NCBI GenBank assembly: GCA_054661495.1
Contig: BAAFSQ010000008.1
Span: 30,001-62,000, forward strand
DNA length: 32,000 nt
Origin: Zygophlyctis sp. KS116
Taxonomy: Eukaryota > Fungi > Chytridiomycota
Direction: 5' to 3'
Part shown: positions 1 through 11,280 of the stretch, in pieces
Layout: every line of letters begins with the position of its first letter
Position numbering within the stretch: position 1 is the stretch's first letter
Program-made: the position numbers and the translations under genes
Notes under the pieces: generated by a model
What the model saw: the letters and a program-made list of their open reading frames with translations, nothing else
Database searches by the model: none
Told to the model about the DNA's origin: nothing

Positions 1-1255
1 GAAAGAAATCCAAGGTTCAATTGGGAGTCTTTGAGCCTAATTTAGGCGGAGCTATCAAGGCTGAGATGGGTATCGATTGTGTATCCAATGAAGTTATCAA
101 AGAATTGATGAGAGGGATTAGGTTACATGGTGATAAATTACTTAAACAATTGGTTTCCGGTGCGAATGAAAAGGCACAATTGGGTCTTGGACATTCATTC
201 TCAAGAGCTAAAGTGAAGTTTAATGTTAACAGAGTTGATAACATGATTACTCAATCTATTGCATTATTAGATCAATTAGATAAGGATGTGAATACATTCT
301 CAATGAGAGTTCGGTAATTTATTTTATTGTAAATTTTAGAGAATGGTACTCTTGGCACTTTCCAGAATTAGGAAAACTTGTTGCTGATAATGCAATTTTT
401 GCTAGATTAGTCAAATTAATCAAAAACAAGGGAGATTTAAAGGACTCTAATTTAGGAGATATTGAAGAAATTACATCTGATCCCATTAAAGCTAAACAAA
501 TTATTGATGCTTCAAAGTCATCAATGGGAACTGATTTATCAATTGTTGATATGATTAATATTGAACGTTTTGCAGATCGTGTTATATCATTAAACAATTA
601 TAGAAAATCCCTTTATGGCTATTTAGTTAACAAGATGCATGCTGTTGCACCCAATGTTTCTGCATTAATTGGTGAAATTGTTGGAGCTAGATTGATTGCA
701 CAAGCAGGATCATTAACAAATTTAGCAAAATATCCTGCATCAACAATACAAATTTTAGGAGCTGAAAAAGCCTTATTTAGAGCCTTAAAAACCAAGGGAA
801 ATACTCCAAAATATGGATTAATCTATCATTCTACATTTATTGGAAGAGCTGCTACTAAAAACAAGGGTCGTATCTCTCGTATTTTAGCTAATAAGGTTTC
901 TATTGCTTCTAGACTTGACTGTTTCCTTGAAACTCCTACATCTAAATTTGGAGAAATTTTAAGAGAACAATTAGAAGAAAGACTAGAATTCTATGAAACT
1001 GGAAAAGTCCCTAGAAAGAATATAGATGCAATGGCAAGTGCACTTTTGACTGTTGGAGTTCCCGTTGATGAAACAGAAGAACAAGTTGCTGTACCAGAAC
1101 CTACCAAGGAATCTAAAAAGGACAAGAAGAAGCGAAGTCATGATGATGAACCTGCTGCCGGTGAAGAAAAGAAAAAAAAGAAAAAGAAGGCTATTGAATC
1201 TACTGAATCTGTTGAAGAAAAGCCTAAAAAAACCAAATCTAAAAAGAAAAACTAG
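1..1255 (+). CDS. NOP56: Nucleolar protein 56, box C/D snoRNP core protein (5' partial; intron 314-339)
   Basis: Motifs [38 protein letters not shown]|[11 protein letters not shown] (restored by removing the 26-nt GT-AG intron 314-339), [25 protein letters not shown], and a K/E-rich tail. Confidence 0.96.
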
Positions 1256-1379
1256 ATGGATACTCTCGAGAATTTCTAGGAATTTGTTAAAAGTTTCTTG
1301 TAGTCTCTTGAAAAAGTCAAAAAAAATTTTATTTTTAGCGCAAACAAATTTTTCTTTTTCTTATCTATCGAGAATATCA

Positions 1380-3198
1380 ATGAATAGAGCAAAGGAATTG
1401 AGTCGGGAAATCTCAAATTTGGAAAAACTTGGGGAATTTTTTAAAGATTTAGGAGAAATTGAAAGAGACTACTCTAGAAAATTGAACAATTTGAGGAAAT
1501 ATAACTCAAATTTCCAGGATTTATTGGAATTTTGTTTGGAAAAATCATCAAATTCTTCAGAATTCTGTTTAGAAATTCAAGAAATTCTAAAATCCATTAA
1601 TTCTACTCTTGACAGAAAAGATCATTCCAAAAAAAATATTAATACTTGGCTTCAGAAAATAGAGTCTGAAAAGGATAAATTCAATTCAAATGTTGGAAAA
1701 GGAAAAGAAAACTTTGATAAATCTTGTGATTCTGTTCAACTGCTTCAGTTAAAATTGGGAAAAGTTGCATTGCCCAAACTACAAAAACTAAAAAAGGAAC
1801 TAAACTCTAAAATAATTGATATGAATAATGATAAAAATGACTATATAACTATGATAAAGGGAGTAAATTTAGTCAATCAAGAATTTAATGATAACTTTCA
1901 ACCCCAAATTTTAGAAAATATTCATGATTCAACAGAAACGGTTGTCAATGCTATCATCAAATCTTGTAAAGCTTTTCAGGAAAAACAGGCAAAGAACTAC
2001 TCTGAAAATTTAGAAAATTTAGATAAATTTAAGAGGAATTTAGAAAATTTTGATACTAAAAAGTACTTGCAAGAGTTGAGGCAAGAGGAGCCAGTTCAAG
2101 AAATACAGCAATATGAATTTATTTCTTCAGGTTTATGGAAGGATACGAATGAATATGTTTTAGACGAAAATTCAAAAGTTTATATGTGGAATTCAAAGGA
2201 AAAATTAGACAAGAGAATTCAAAAAATACAAGAGGAATTAGAAATATTAGAGAATGGAATACAAGGGCTAAATTCTTTGAAATTGGCATATTCCAAGGAT
2301 GATAAAAATAAGGATGATTTAGATGTAGTAGATGAAAATATTTTAGATTCAAAGAGATCAAAGTTGTTGCTAATGTTAAATTTATCATATTACTCAAGGC
2401 AGCTTGATGAAATTTCTCCATATGTTCAAGGTAACTATTTCAATATCTAAAGTAAAGCCATGTCAAATGTTAATCCTCATCAATTAAAAAGTTCAATGTT
2501 TACTATTCCAACTGCTTGTGATTTGTGCACGCAATATATATGGGGGATATCTAAACCTGGATTGACTTGTAAAGCTTGTTCAATGAATGTCCATCTAAAA
2601 TGTGAAATGAAAGTAGCTCCTGATTGTTCTATAGTCAAAGAAAAGAGAGTAAGGGCCAAAACTAGCTCCCTCTTATCTTTCTCAAATAGCAGACTGTCAA
2701 TATTATCAAACAATACTGAAATTACAGGTATATATTCATAATCTGACCAAAGTAACAAATTTAACCGCTTTGCCAAAGGGAGCTTATGCCACTGCTTTAT
2801 ATGATTACATTCCTAATTCTTCTGATATTGATGAATTAGATATGGTCGCTGGTGATGAGCTTTTTGTAATAGTCGAAGACGATGGCTCAGGTTGGACCAA
2901 AGTCTCAAGATCAGGAAGTGAAGGGTTGGTCCCAACTTCATATATTCAAATTAAAACAGAGACAGAGCTCACACCTTCTCATCTAGCATTAACAGCCGAG
3001 AAAACTAAATTTTCTGGATCATTGGCAAAAGTTTTGTTTGACTATCAAAAAAAGGAACACGATGAACTAACCGTGTTTGCTGGGCAATGTATCTGGATTG
3101 TGGAAGAAGACGACGGCTCAGGGTGGACGAGAGTCACAAACGGAACAGAAAGTGGACTGGTTCCTTCAACCTATATTTCGAGAACAGAATATCAGTGA
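1380..3198 (+). CDS. BZZ1: BZZ1-like F-BAR/C1/SH3/SH3 actin-endocytosis adaptor, ~588 aa (introns 2431-2457, 2728-2752)
   Basis: Helical F-BAR-like N-terminus (EIERDYSRKL), C1 zinc finger (HQLKSSMFTIPTACDLC..C..C..HLKC), and two SH3 domains (ALYDY..DDGSGWTKV..GLVPTSYI; VLFDY..DDGSGWTRV..GLVPSTYI). Introns of 27 and 25 nt join the three ORFs in frame. Start inferred at ATG 1380. Confidence 0.88.
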
Positions 3199-3214
3199 AT
3201 TCTTAAATCACTTT

Positions 3215-4847
3215 TTATTGGCATACTAAGTCCATCAACGACTCTTTTATTGCATGATAGAATCTTTTCCATTCTAATGGATCTCCCTATAATATTATAT
3301 TGATTTATTACCCTGCTTTTTCTGAATGTTACCAAACATAGATGCTCTCCTCCAACTAGTTGAACGCAGACTTCCCCCTGCATTGAGCATTTTCGCTTAT
3401 CTACAGTACTAAACCCAACGGTATTAAGCGTTTGGTTTTCCCGGTATTGTACTAAGAATGTATCAAAAGCAATGCAAACTCTTTGAGTAATATACTCAGG
3501 AGCAGCCGGCGAATAAAACCGTGTAATTCTTTCTGAGGGAAATATATCCATAAAAGATGTACTTGGGCTTCCTAAATAACTAGCAGGAAATCCATCTTCC
3601 GAATTTGTACCGAAATCGCGATTATTCGGCTGAGAAAATGATAAAACGTGAGGTCCTGAAGAGTAATCCATCATTTGGGACTGCTGATGAATATTCATTC
3701 GAAGATCAGTCGGCTGAGAATATGCTATACTATATTGATTATTTTCCAAATGTATTACGGTTCCTCTGCAACAATAGATTCTCCAGAGAGATTTATTGTA
3801 GATTTCATACGCTCTGCGACCGCTGCAGGATTATTTAACCTTCCATTAGTCAGCATTGGCTGGGGCATTTGAAACCAATCCGATCTTTGAATATCATTTA
3901 TTGTAAATCTTTGATCGTCATTTATATTCAGTATCCCAACAAGAAGTTCTATAATCAAAAAGAATAATTCTACCCAAAACAGGACGTGAAAAGCGGTTCC
4001 ATGGCTCATAATTTAGCCCTACATTATACTGCTGTATATATTGGACGAATTCCTTATGTTTAGCAGAAATGATTTACTTCATCATGTTGTGTTGGTTCTG
4101 CCCATGGAGTATCTTCAAATTAGTAAAATATTTCTTACTTCCAACTAGCATTACGTATAAGATGACCCCCATACTCCAAATATCGGACATATCTCCTCTA
4201 TACTTTTGAGTATGAACCTTCTATTAAAAATCTTTCTTTACCTCTGGACTAACGTATGGAGGTGATCCACAAGGAGTATTGAGGATCCTATCGCATAAAA
4301 ATCACACTTTACCTAGTGACTCCTTTATGCTTAAACACTGTTGCAAGCCCAAAGTCTATTATTTTCAAGTTTCCTTGAATGTCTAAAAGCAAGTTTTCAG
4401 CTATATTTAGAAATTGAAAATGATGATACGCTTAAGATCACGATGTGCGATTCCAAGTTGATGACAATATTTCATCCCACTTAACAATTGTTGGAAAAAC
4501 AAATGACATAAATCCTCTTCTATGCCTACATCTGGAGCGATCCTATCAAACAACTCTCCTGAATGCGCAAATTCCATTATCAAGTACACAAAAGAATTAT
4601 CTTCAGTAGTCGTGAATAATTTAATGATATTTTTATGTGAAACCGAGCTATGTATCTTTACTTCTTTTAATAAATTATTCATCATCTGCTGGCCCTGTGG
4701 ACCATTTATTTTCTTTATGATTTTGATTGCGACTGGCTCATTAGTGTCCACTTTTAAACCCAATTTTACTTTCGCATGACCTCCTTCTCCAATAGTCTGT
4801 CCTATTTGATATCCAATTGATGATAATGCAGTCGATTGAGAAAGCAT
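3215..4847 (-). CDS. CHK1: Checkpoint kinase 1, ~474 aa (introns 4401-4429, 4288-4312, 4218/4221-4241, 4113-4138, 4053-4077, 3949-3973, 3730-3758, 3287-3311)
   Basis: GELFDRIAPDVG, HRDLKPENLLLD, DFGLAT, CGSPPYVSPE, GNTPW, SQ motifs (YSQP, FSQP) and a C-terminal KA1 region (RITRFYS, STVDKRK, FRKSRGDPLEWKRFY). All are restored by eight GT-AG introns of 24-29 nt. Confidence 0.93.
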
Positions 4848-5034
4848 TAATCAAAAATCAAAATCAAGTTGTAATGAGATGAAGAGTCTCCGCCAAACAG
4901 TCAAGATCAACTCTTGACATTGATGGTAATAATAGCATAAGTCCATTATGTTGATTTTACTAGAAGCGATTATTTCTATATCAATTAGATCATGAGTAAT
5001 CTGATGGATTATTTCATGATTGTGGCACCTGAAA

Positions 5035-6711
5035 ATGATCCGATGTTGGGTTAGACGACCAACGGTCCAAGTCTCTAATAGAATACAGAAAGCTAATTCA
5101 TCAAGCTTTTATATCTTGCAAGAGTTAGGACCAGCTGGATTTCTTTTAAAGTCGGGAAATCAAAAGTGGAAAGTCTTGATTGGATCTAATCATTCTTGTA
5201 ATTGCCCGCATTTTCAGACAAAAAGGGACCCATGCATTCATATTGTAACTGAAATGTATTTAAAGAATAGCTATGGGTTTTATTAAAGGTTTTTCAAATT
5301 TCAGCAGATTCTGAACTAATATTTCAGTCTGGACTGATAGAGCGGGAAATTACTGAAATTATCCAAGAACGAGGAAAAGTAATTATAATACTCTCACAAT
5401 TCAGATAATTCAAATCAATTCAGTACCAGTAGAAAAAATTGGTCAAAATGAAATCGTTGATGTGGATCAAGGCTTAGTCGCAAGACCAATTACTGAATCT
5501 GATATTTGTCCGATCTGCCAGGAATCGCTACAATCTTCAAACTTGACTCTGACGCATTGCCGTCTGGGTTGTGGAAATAATATTCATCTCAAATGTATAA
5601 AAGTTCTCATGGAACATCAAATAGGATCAATGGGGTTTCAAATGGTCAAATGCCCATTATGTAGATGCGATTTTAATACGGTAGAGGGACTTAAAATTGA
5701 AATTCAAAATTCTTGTACCTCTCAAAAGAAAAGTTACAGACAACCAATCCAGTATGGAGTTTCTTGCAGTAATTGCAAGAAAGATCCGATTATTGGAAAA
5801 TATCATAAATGTAATGCTTGCAAGAATTTATATTTATGTGATGATTGTTTTATAAATGGCTCTCATGATCAACACACTTTTCAAAATAGACTATTTAGGA
5901 ATAGCAAATGGATACCATCTTCAAGAAATGTGGCACCGGTACTACCTTCGGGATTCATCAATGAATTGCAAAATAGAGATATTACAGATGAAGATTATCA
6001 GACTCTGATTTTATTAGACTCAGGTCCCTCCAAACAAGCATCTATACCTCTTCATATTGTAAACTCTTTTCCTTTATCAAAATACTCGAGTACTAAGTCA
6101 GGTAAAGGAGAAAGATGCAAGATTTGTGGCGACTTGTACAATGTAGGAGTAATGACGAGGAAAATTCCATGGTAGATTTTAAATCCTTATAATTATTAGT
6201 TCGCATTCATTTCATCAGAGCTGCATAGGTATTATATTTGTCTAACGATATAGATCGATGGCTACTAAATCAACGAACCACATGTCCTACATGTGGTCTG
6301 GCTGCTTATTCGGCAATTGACGAGGAAAGTGAAGAATGTAAAGAAGAAGCTATGTTTATAGCAAAACATTACGAGAACAAAACATTAAAGAAGGCCGTTA
6401 AAGAAGAAAAAACTTTTGTAGTACCTCAGAATTTCATGGAAATTATTGGGACTGGAGCATCAAAAGTTGACAAATGCTTTGAAAGCTTGTCTTTGCAACC
6501 AAGAAAAAATTCATATGATAGCTGTTTTGGCTCAAATAAGACTATTGGTTGGCCAAAGATTTCATCGAGGCGGTCTACATTACATGAAAAAAAATCAAAA
6601 GGAAAAGAATCACTAGAATCCTTTATTCTGGTTCAAAGTATATCGCCTCTTCTAACCTTTTCATCTTCAAATATGAATAGGCGAATTAATGTTGTAAACA
6701 AAGATAGTTAA
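5035..6711 (+). CDS. ZSWIM2: ZSWIM2/MEX-like E3 ubiquitin ligase (SWIM-RING-ZZ-RING-H2), ~523 aa (introns 5245-5270, 5379-5404, 6172-6199, 6229-6253)
   Basis: YILQELGPAGFLL, SWIM finger HSCNCPHF..PCIHILWVLLK, GLIEREI, RING CPICQE..HCRLGCGNNIHLKC..CPLCR, ZZ finger CSNC..KCNAC..LCDDC, and RING-H2 CKIC..IPCSHSFHQSCIDRWL..CPTC (which needs the 29-nt micro-exon 6200-6228). Confidence 0.85.
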
Positions 6712-6750
6712 ATTTCGGAAATGCTTTGCAATTATTTGCTGCCATGATGA

Positions 6751-8802
6751 TTATTTGCGATTCGTCAATTGTTTTAGATTGATTTTTGAGTTTGAATCTG
6801 TCTTTAAATTTTGATTTGAATCTACTACCATTCTCTGTGTTTCTATATTTTGCGACTTGATTGCACTTGATTTTAAAAGTAGACAAAACCTTTTATATGG
6901 GTCTTTTTCCATTAGCCCTGTTATATGAGATACTGCTAAACTGTATATTTGATAGTGGGCTGGCTCCAATTGTTGATGACCTTTGAACAACGGTTCGAAT
7001 AGTTCGATGAGATTATTTCTAATCGAAGAAATGATATTGATTTCAGAAGGGGCACCATCTCTGATATAATCTTTATATATCTGCTTAGCCAACTTATCAA
7101 AATCTTTCAGCACAACTTTTTGCTCCAAATTCCTGCAAGCAAGAATAAAATTCAGATTTTCTTGAGAAAATTCATTTTTGAGGTACTTATGAAACTCTGT
7201 CAATCCTTTCGGATCTTGCAATAAATAATAAATTCCTGTTGTCCAGCATTGAATTTCTTCTGGGGATATTCTACATATAATTATTTTACTTCATCTTACG
7301 CATCGTTTTCCCCAACGGGTTTATCGCCTGATATCCATGGATTTGAAGCAGAATTCCCAGTTAATAAAGCATCAACACAAGAGACTGCTAAGCAGTGATC
7401 TTTTATACTAAAATTAGCCCATTTTCTATCAAAATTACTATTTGCAGGCTTTTGACATTTTCAATCTTGTTAACTTTGGCATTTCTACCTGCTTTATATT
7501 TACGATAGCTATTTTCCGTTTTTTCACCAAATTCGATCCTTGGTTGAGAAAATCATAAGAATCTGGCTAAATAATATCAGATTTAATATGCTAATTACAG
7601 AGGGTCGATAAACTCTCCAGAACGTTTGCTGCTGCAGCTTTAACACATTAACGTGATCTTTATCTCCTTTCTTAAATAATGCAGTATCTTTTTGAGCTAG
7701 AGTCTCTATTTCAATCCAAGACCTAGAGAAGGATTTCTTGAATTTTTCAAGTATTTTGAGTTCATAATCCTGCAATTTAAACTTATTGCTGTTGACTCTC
7801 CTTACAAGATACCGTGCATAATCTATTCGATAAGATACAATATTTGTAATTACCGAAATCTGAAGGAACACCAGCTGCAATTGGAATCAAATATGGGGCT
7901 TGTAAAATGTAAATTGAATCGTCTGCTACAAATCTTGTGCAAGTTTTTTCCGATGGCACAATAAATCCCATGAAAAACAGTATGTTACAGATATTAGTAG
8001 CATCAGTACTATCAAAATCATTCAAATCTTTGCCAAGAAAAGACATAAAATCATCTTCATTAGAATCAAAGTTGTCAAAAATCCACTTATAAAGGTCTTG
8101 TCCTAAAGATTAAGATGATAAATTACCTAGAAAAGAATTTTTTGGATTTGTATTTGCTTTTACAATTCCAACTTCAGGATCATTCATCATGAGATACAGC
8201 CCAGTCAATTTCTTGATACGTTTTTTTGTTCCATTTGAATAATTACCTTCAACGTAATCGAAAGAAAAAAATAAATCAGAGTCTTTATCATCTTGAAGTG
8301 ACTTTGTTGAATCTGTCATGAATAATCTCATTGGTTTCTTAATATAGCTCCATATTCGCTTGGGCTTTTTCAATTTGGGTTCATCTTTAATACGTTTGGA
8401 AATTTCCCCCGAATAATCAAGGATACCAGATCTGTTTGATCTAGCTTTTTGTGCATCGAATTCATCTGTTAGATATTGAGCTTCGCTTGTATCTTCCGCG
8501 AATGAATCAATATCTTCTTGTGAAGAGGAGCTCTCGGACAAGTTCGAAGATACCACTGACATTGAAGATAATGAAGAATTTTGGTTCTCTTTTTGAACAT
8601 TTACTAGCTGATTACAAGAAAGGTTTTTGTATGTCTTGTTTAATTCACCAGCAGGCTTGTCAACTTCGACTTGAGTTATATTGGACAATGATCGAGGAGA
8701 TGTAGAATTCGTAGAAATGAGCTTTTCAGAGAGCTCTGGCTTCAAGTTATTTCTCCTTTGTTTTGCCAGAGCTGGAGATGGAGCTATATTTATTTCGGAC
8801 AT
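6751..8802 (-). CDS. R7-family regulator of G-protein signalling (DEP-DHEX-GGL-RGS), paralogue A, ~634 aa (introns 8103-8126, 7823-7853, 7567-7598, 7408-7438, 7271-7299)
   Basis: The spliced product has DEP (SFLGQDLYKWI..LFFMGFIVP), DHEX (DYARYLVRR; QQQTFWRVYRPSPD), a G-gamma-like domain (RLKMSKACKYIKDHC..DALL..SNPWISGD) and an RGS box (LLQDPKGLTEFHKYLKNEFSQENLNF..EINI..MEKDPYKRF). Confidence 0.88.
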
Positions 8803-8900
8803 GTCAAAATTGAAAGAAATCTCCGGAAAAATCCGATTATCAAATGTTCATTTTATAATCGAAATAAAACGAAATCCACCAATGATCAATTCGCAACTTA

Positions 8901-11229
8901 TCATGCATTATTAGAAAATAATTCCTGCTTGACAAATCTAGCATATGAATCCTTCTCAATCAGTTTCAATATATGATCTTCTGCCCGATTGAATAAATCA
9001 GTCTGTTCCGGAAGCAGTGATTTCTTATTTTTGAAAAGTGGTATAAATATGCCATGCAATTCTTTTTTGATATTAGATCCAATATTTATTTCTGCCGTCG
9101 CTCCTTGCTTTACAAACTCCAGGTAAATATGCTTTGCTTTTCTATCAAATACTTGCATAGTTGTCGACTTTTGAAGTTCTCTGCAAGCGCTAATAAATTT
9201 GAGATTTTCTTCAGAAAACTCCTTTTTGCTAAATTCCCAAAGAAGATCTACTCCTCTTTTATCCATCAAGAGGAAATTTAGACCAGATTTCCAGTATTTG
9301 ATTTCATTGACTGTTATTGGCCTTACGTTTACTACGTATAAAAATACCTATTAGGATCCCAAGCTGATTCATCTTCTGATATCCATGGATTAGATGGACA
9401 GGGATCAAATAGAAATGGATCAAGAAGGGAAGTCGTACTACAGTGTTCAATCAAACTAAATGTGAGAGTTATAAAAAATACGATGAGGATTCAACTGACA
9501 ATTTTGTAACCTTGAGAGCTAGCAAGTCCTTAAGCTCAAAAATCTTTCTTTGACTCCAACTGTGTAGAGAATCAGGATTATTTGTTAAAGATTGCTATTT
9601 GATTATATTTATCAGTTTTACCTCATATTCTACATCTGTTAGCCTTTGCTTCCTTAAAAAATCTGCTTCTTCATCCAAAAAATGTTCACAAGAATCCGGC
9701 TAATTGTAAAAAATATTTCAAATTTACTGCTGAACGTTGTACACACCAAAATCTATGTTCCTGTAACTTAAAGATTCTAGCTGTAACTTTTGACTGCTTT
9801 GCTAAAAAGGAAATATCAAGATCAACTTGTTTTTCAATTTTTCCCCATTCTCTGTCAAACAATCTTCGAAGCATCTCTAAATTTGTATTTTCCCAAGGAA
9901 ACAGCTTATATTTACTGCTTGGAAAATAGGATCTTCGAAGTAAATATCTAGCATAGTCTGAATGCGAAGGAGTTCCAAATTCACTAGGTAAAAAGAATGG
10001 AGCTTGAAATATATACGGCTTGTCACCGTCTGTAAAAACCAGACTTCTATCAACAGAAACTATAAATCCCAAATGAAAAAGTAATCTACAAACTGTCAAT
10101 GCATCCAATACAGTATCATCATAAAAATTCCCTTTAGAAACCTTTTCAATTTTTCTTTGAGCCCAAAGAATTAATCCACTTCCTAAAAATTATTTAATTG
10201 ATTTAAAATACCTGTAAACCAAGTTTTCAAGTATCTTGTATTTGATACCTTTCCAGAAGTGTATTTGACACCATTTTCAGAGTCTTTTATTTCATTGTAA
10301 ACATTTTTCAAGATCTTTAGTCTTTTTATAGTCCCTAAAGAGTATGATTTTTCAGTATAATTCTGTAGATTTGGAATAATTGGAGTCCAATTCACTTCAG
10401 AATGAATCGAATCTACATTTTTCTTAATTTCCAAGATTGATTTAACTACATTTTCTGAATTTTTTGTAAATAATTTTTGAAATAGTCCTTTTTTAGTCTT
10501 TGGCTGATCTCCATTTTCTTTTTTATGATTTGAGCCTATTGAAGTATCGTTTAATCCTAGAATACTTCGTGATCCTCTCATTGAATCGTTTATTGCCATA
10601 ATACTTCGTGATCCTCTCATTGAATCATTTATTGCCATAATACTCCGTGATCCCTTTCTAGAATCCTGATTCACTCTAGATTTATGTGTCATTGAAATAA
10701 GATCATCTACTGCCTGTGCATCTTCATCCTTGATCAGATCATCTGATCCTAATAGTAATGTATCTGTACTCTCTGTATCCATTTCACGAGATCTATTATG
10801 AATAATTTTATCCATGATAATACTTCCACGAACATGATTAAATTCAACAGGAGACGTAATATCACCAATCAGTACTGCTACACTTGTATGAATTTTTTGA
10901 ATTTTATTGTCCAAAGGCTTAATAAACTCCTTTCTACTGTTATTACCAGGAACCATATTTAATTTAGCTAGTGCTTTTTGTATCATATCATCATTTGACC
11001 GAATTGACACATTTCTATTTTTAATTTCTTGAATAGACTGATCTATAATATCATCGACTGAATGATAAAGTCTTGGCTCTTCAGAGTTTCTGATACTCTG
11101 TCTTGAAATTCTAACTTGTTGTCTATCAACTAATTCATTGCTAGAGAGAGAAGATATATTTGGAGTAGATACACAGACTCCCTGTCCGTCTATATCATTT
11201 TCATCATTTTTAGAGTAATTATTGTCCAT
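8901..11229 (-). CDS. R7-family regulator of G-protein signalling (DEP-DHEX-GGL-RGS), paralogue B, ~730 aa (introns 10183-10211, 9700-9727, 9595-9621, 9456-9481, 9322-9347)
   Basis: The spliced product has DEP (WFTGSGLILWA..LFHLGFIVS), DHEX (DYARYLLRR; QEHRFWCVQRSAPD), GGL (KLSVESSSLIEHC..LDPFLFDPCPSNPWISED) and an RGS box (EFSKKEFSEENLKF..EINI..IEKDSYARF). Confidence 0.88.
10561..10653. repeat. 39-bp coding tandem repeat (about 2.4 copies; 13-aa unit GSRSIMAINDSMR)
   Basis: AATACTTCGTGATCCTCTCATTGAATCGTTTATTGCCAT at 10561-10599, a near-identical copy at 10600-10638, and a partial copy at 10639-10653. Confidence 0.9.
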
Positions 11230-11251
11230 TTAATAAACTCCTTTTCTGTAT

Positions 11252-11259
11252 TGACGTCA
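11252..11259. promoter_or_regulatory. Palindromic CRE/ATF-type element TGACGTCA in the 51-bp RGS-B/CatSper divergent spacer
   Basis: Exact match to the bZIP CREB/ATF consensus, centred between the divergent ATGs at 11229 and 11281. Function is inferred only. Confidence 0.45.
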
Positions 11260-11280
11260 TTACCAATTAGTCCGTCCGCG

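Noticed and set aside
314-339. Intron-encoded snoRNA in NOP56
   Set aside because: The 26-nt intron is too short to host one.
1053-1379. N-terminal 109 aa of ORF 1053-2450 overlapping NOP56
   Set aside because: It is an alternate-frame read of the lysine-rich NOP56 tail plus spacer from a TTG start; F-BAR-like sequence begins at ATG 1380.
3626-3720. Direct repeat TCGGCTGAGAA occurring twice in CHK1
   Set aside because: It encodes the two (Y/F)SQP checkpoint phosphorylation motifs, so it is a protein-level repeat.
4900-4918. Hairpin GTCAAGA-N5-TCTTGAC in the CHK1/ZSWIM2 spacer
   Set aside because: A 7-bp stem is expected by chance and has no other support.
10561-10653. 39-bp repeats as a CRISPR array
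   Set aside because: The units are contiguous with no spacers, lie in frame inside a eukaryotic gene, and there are no cas genes.
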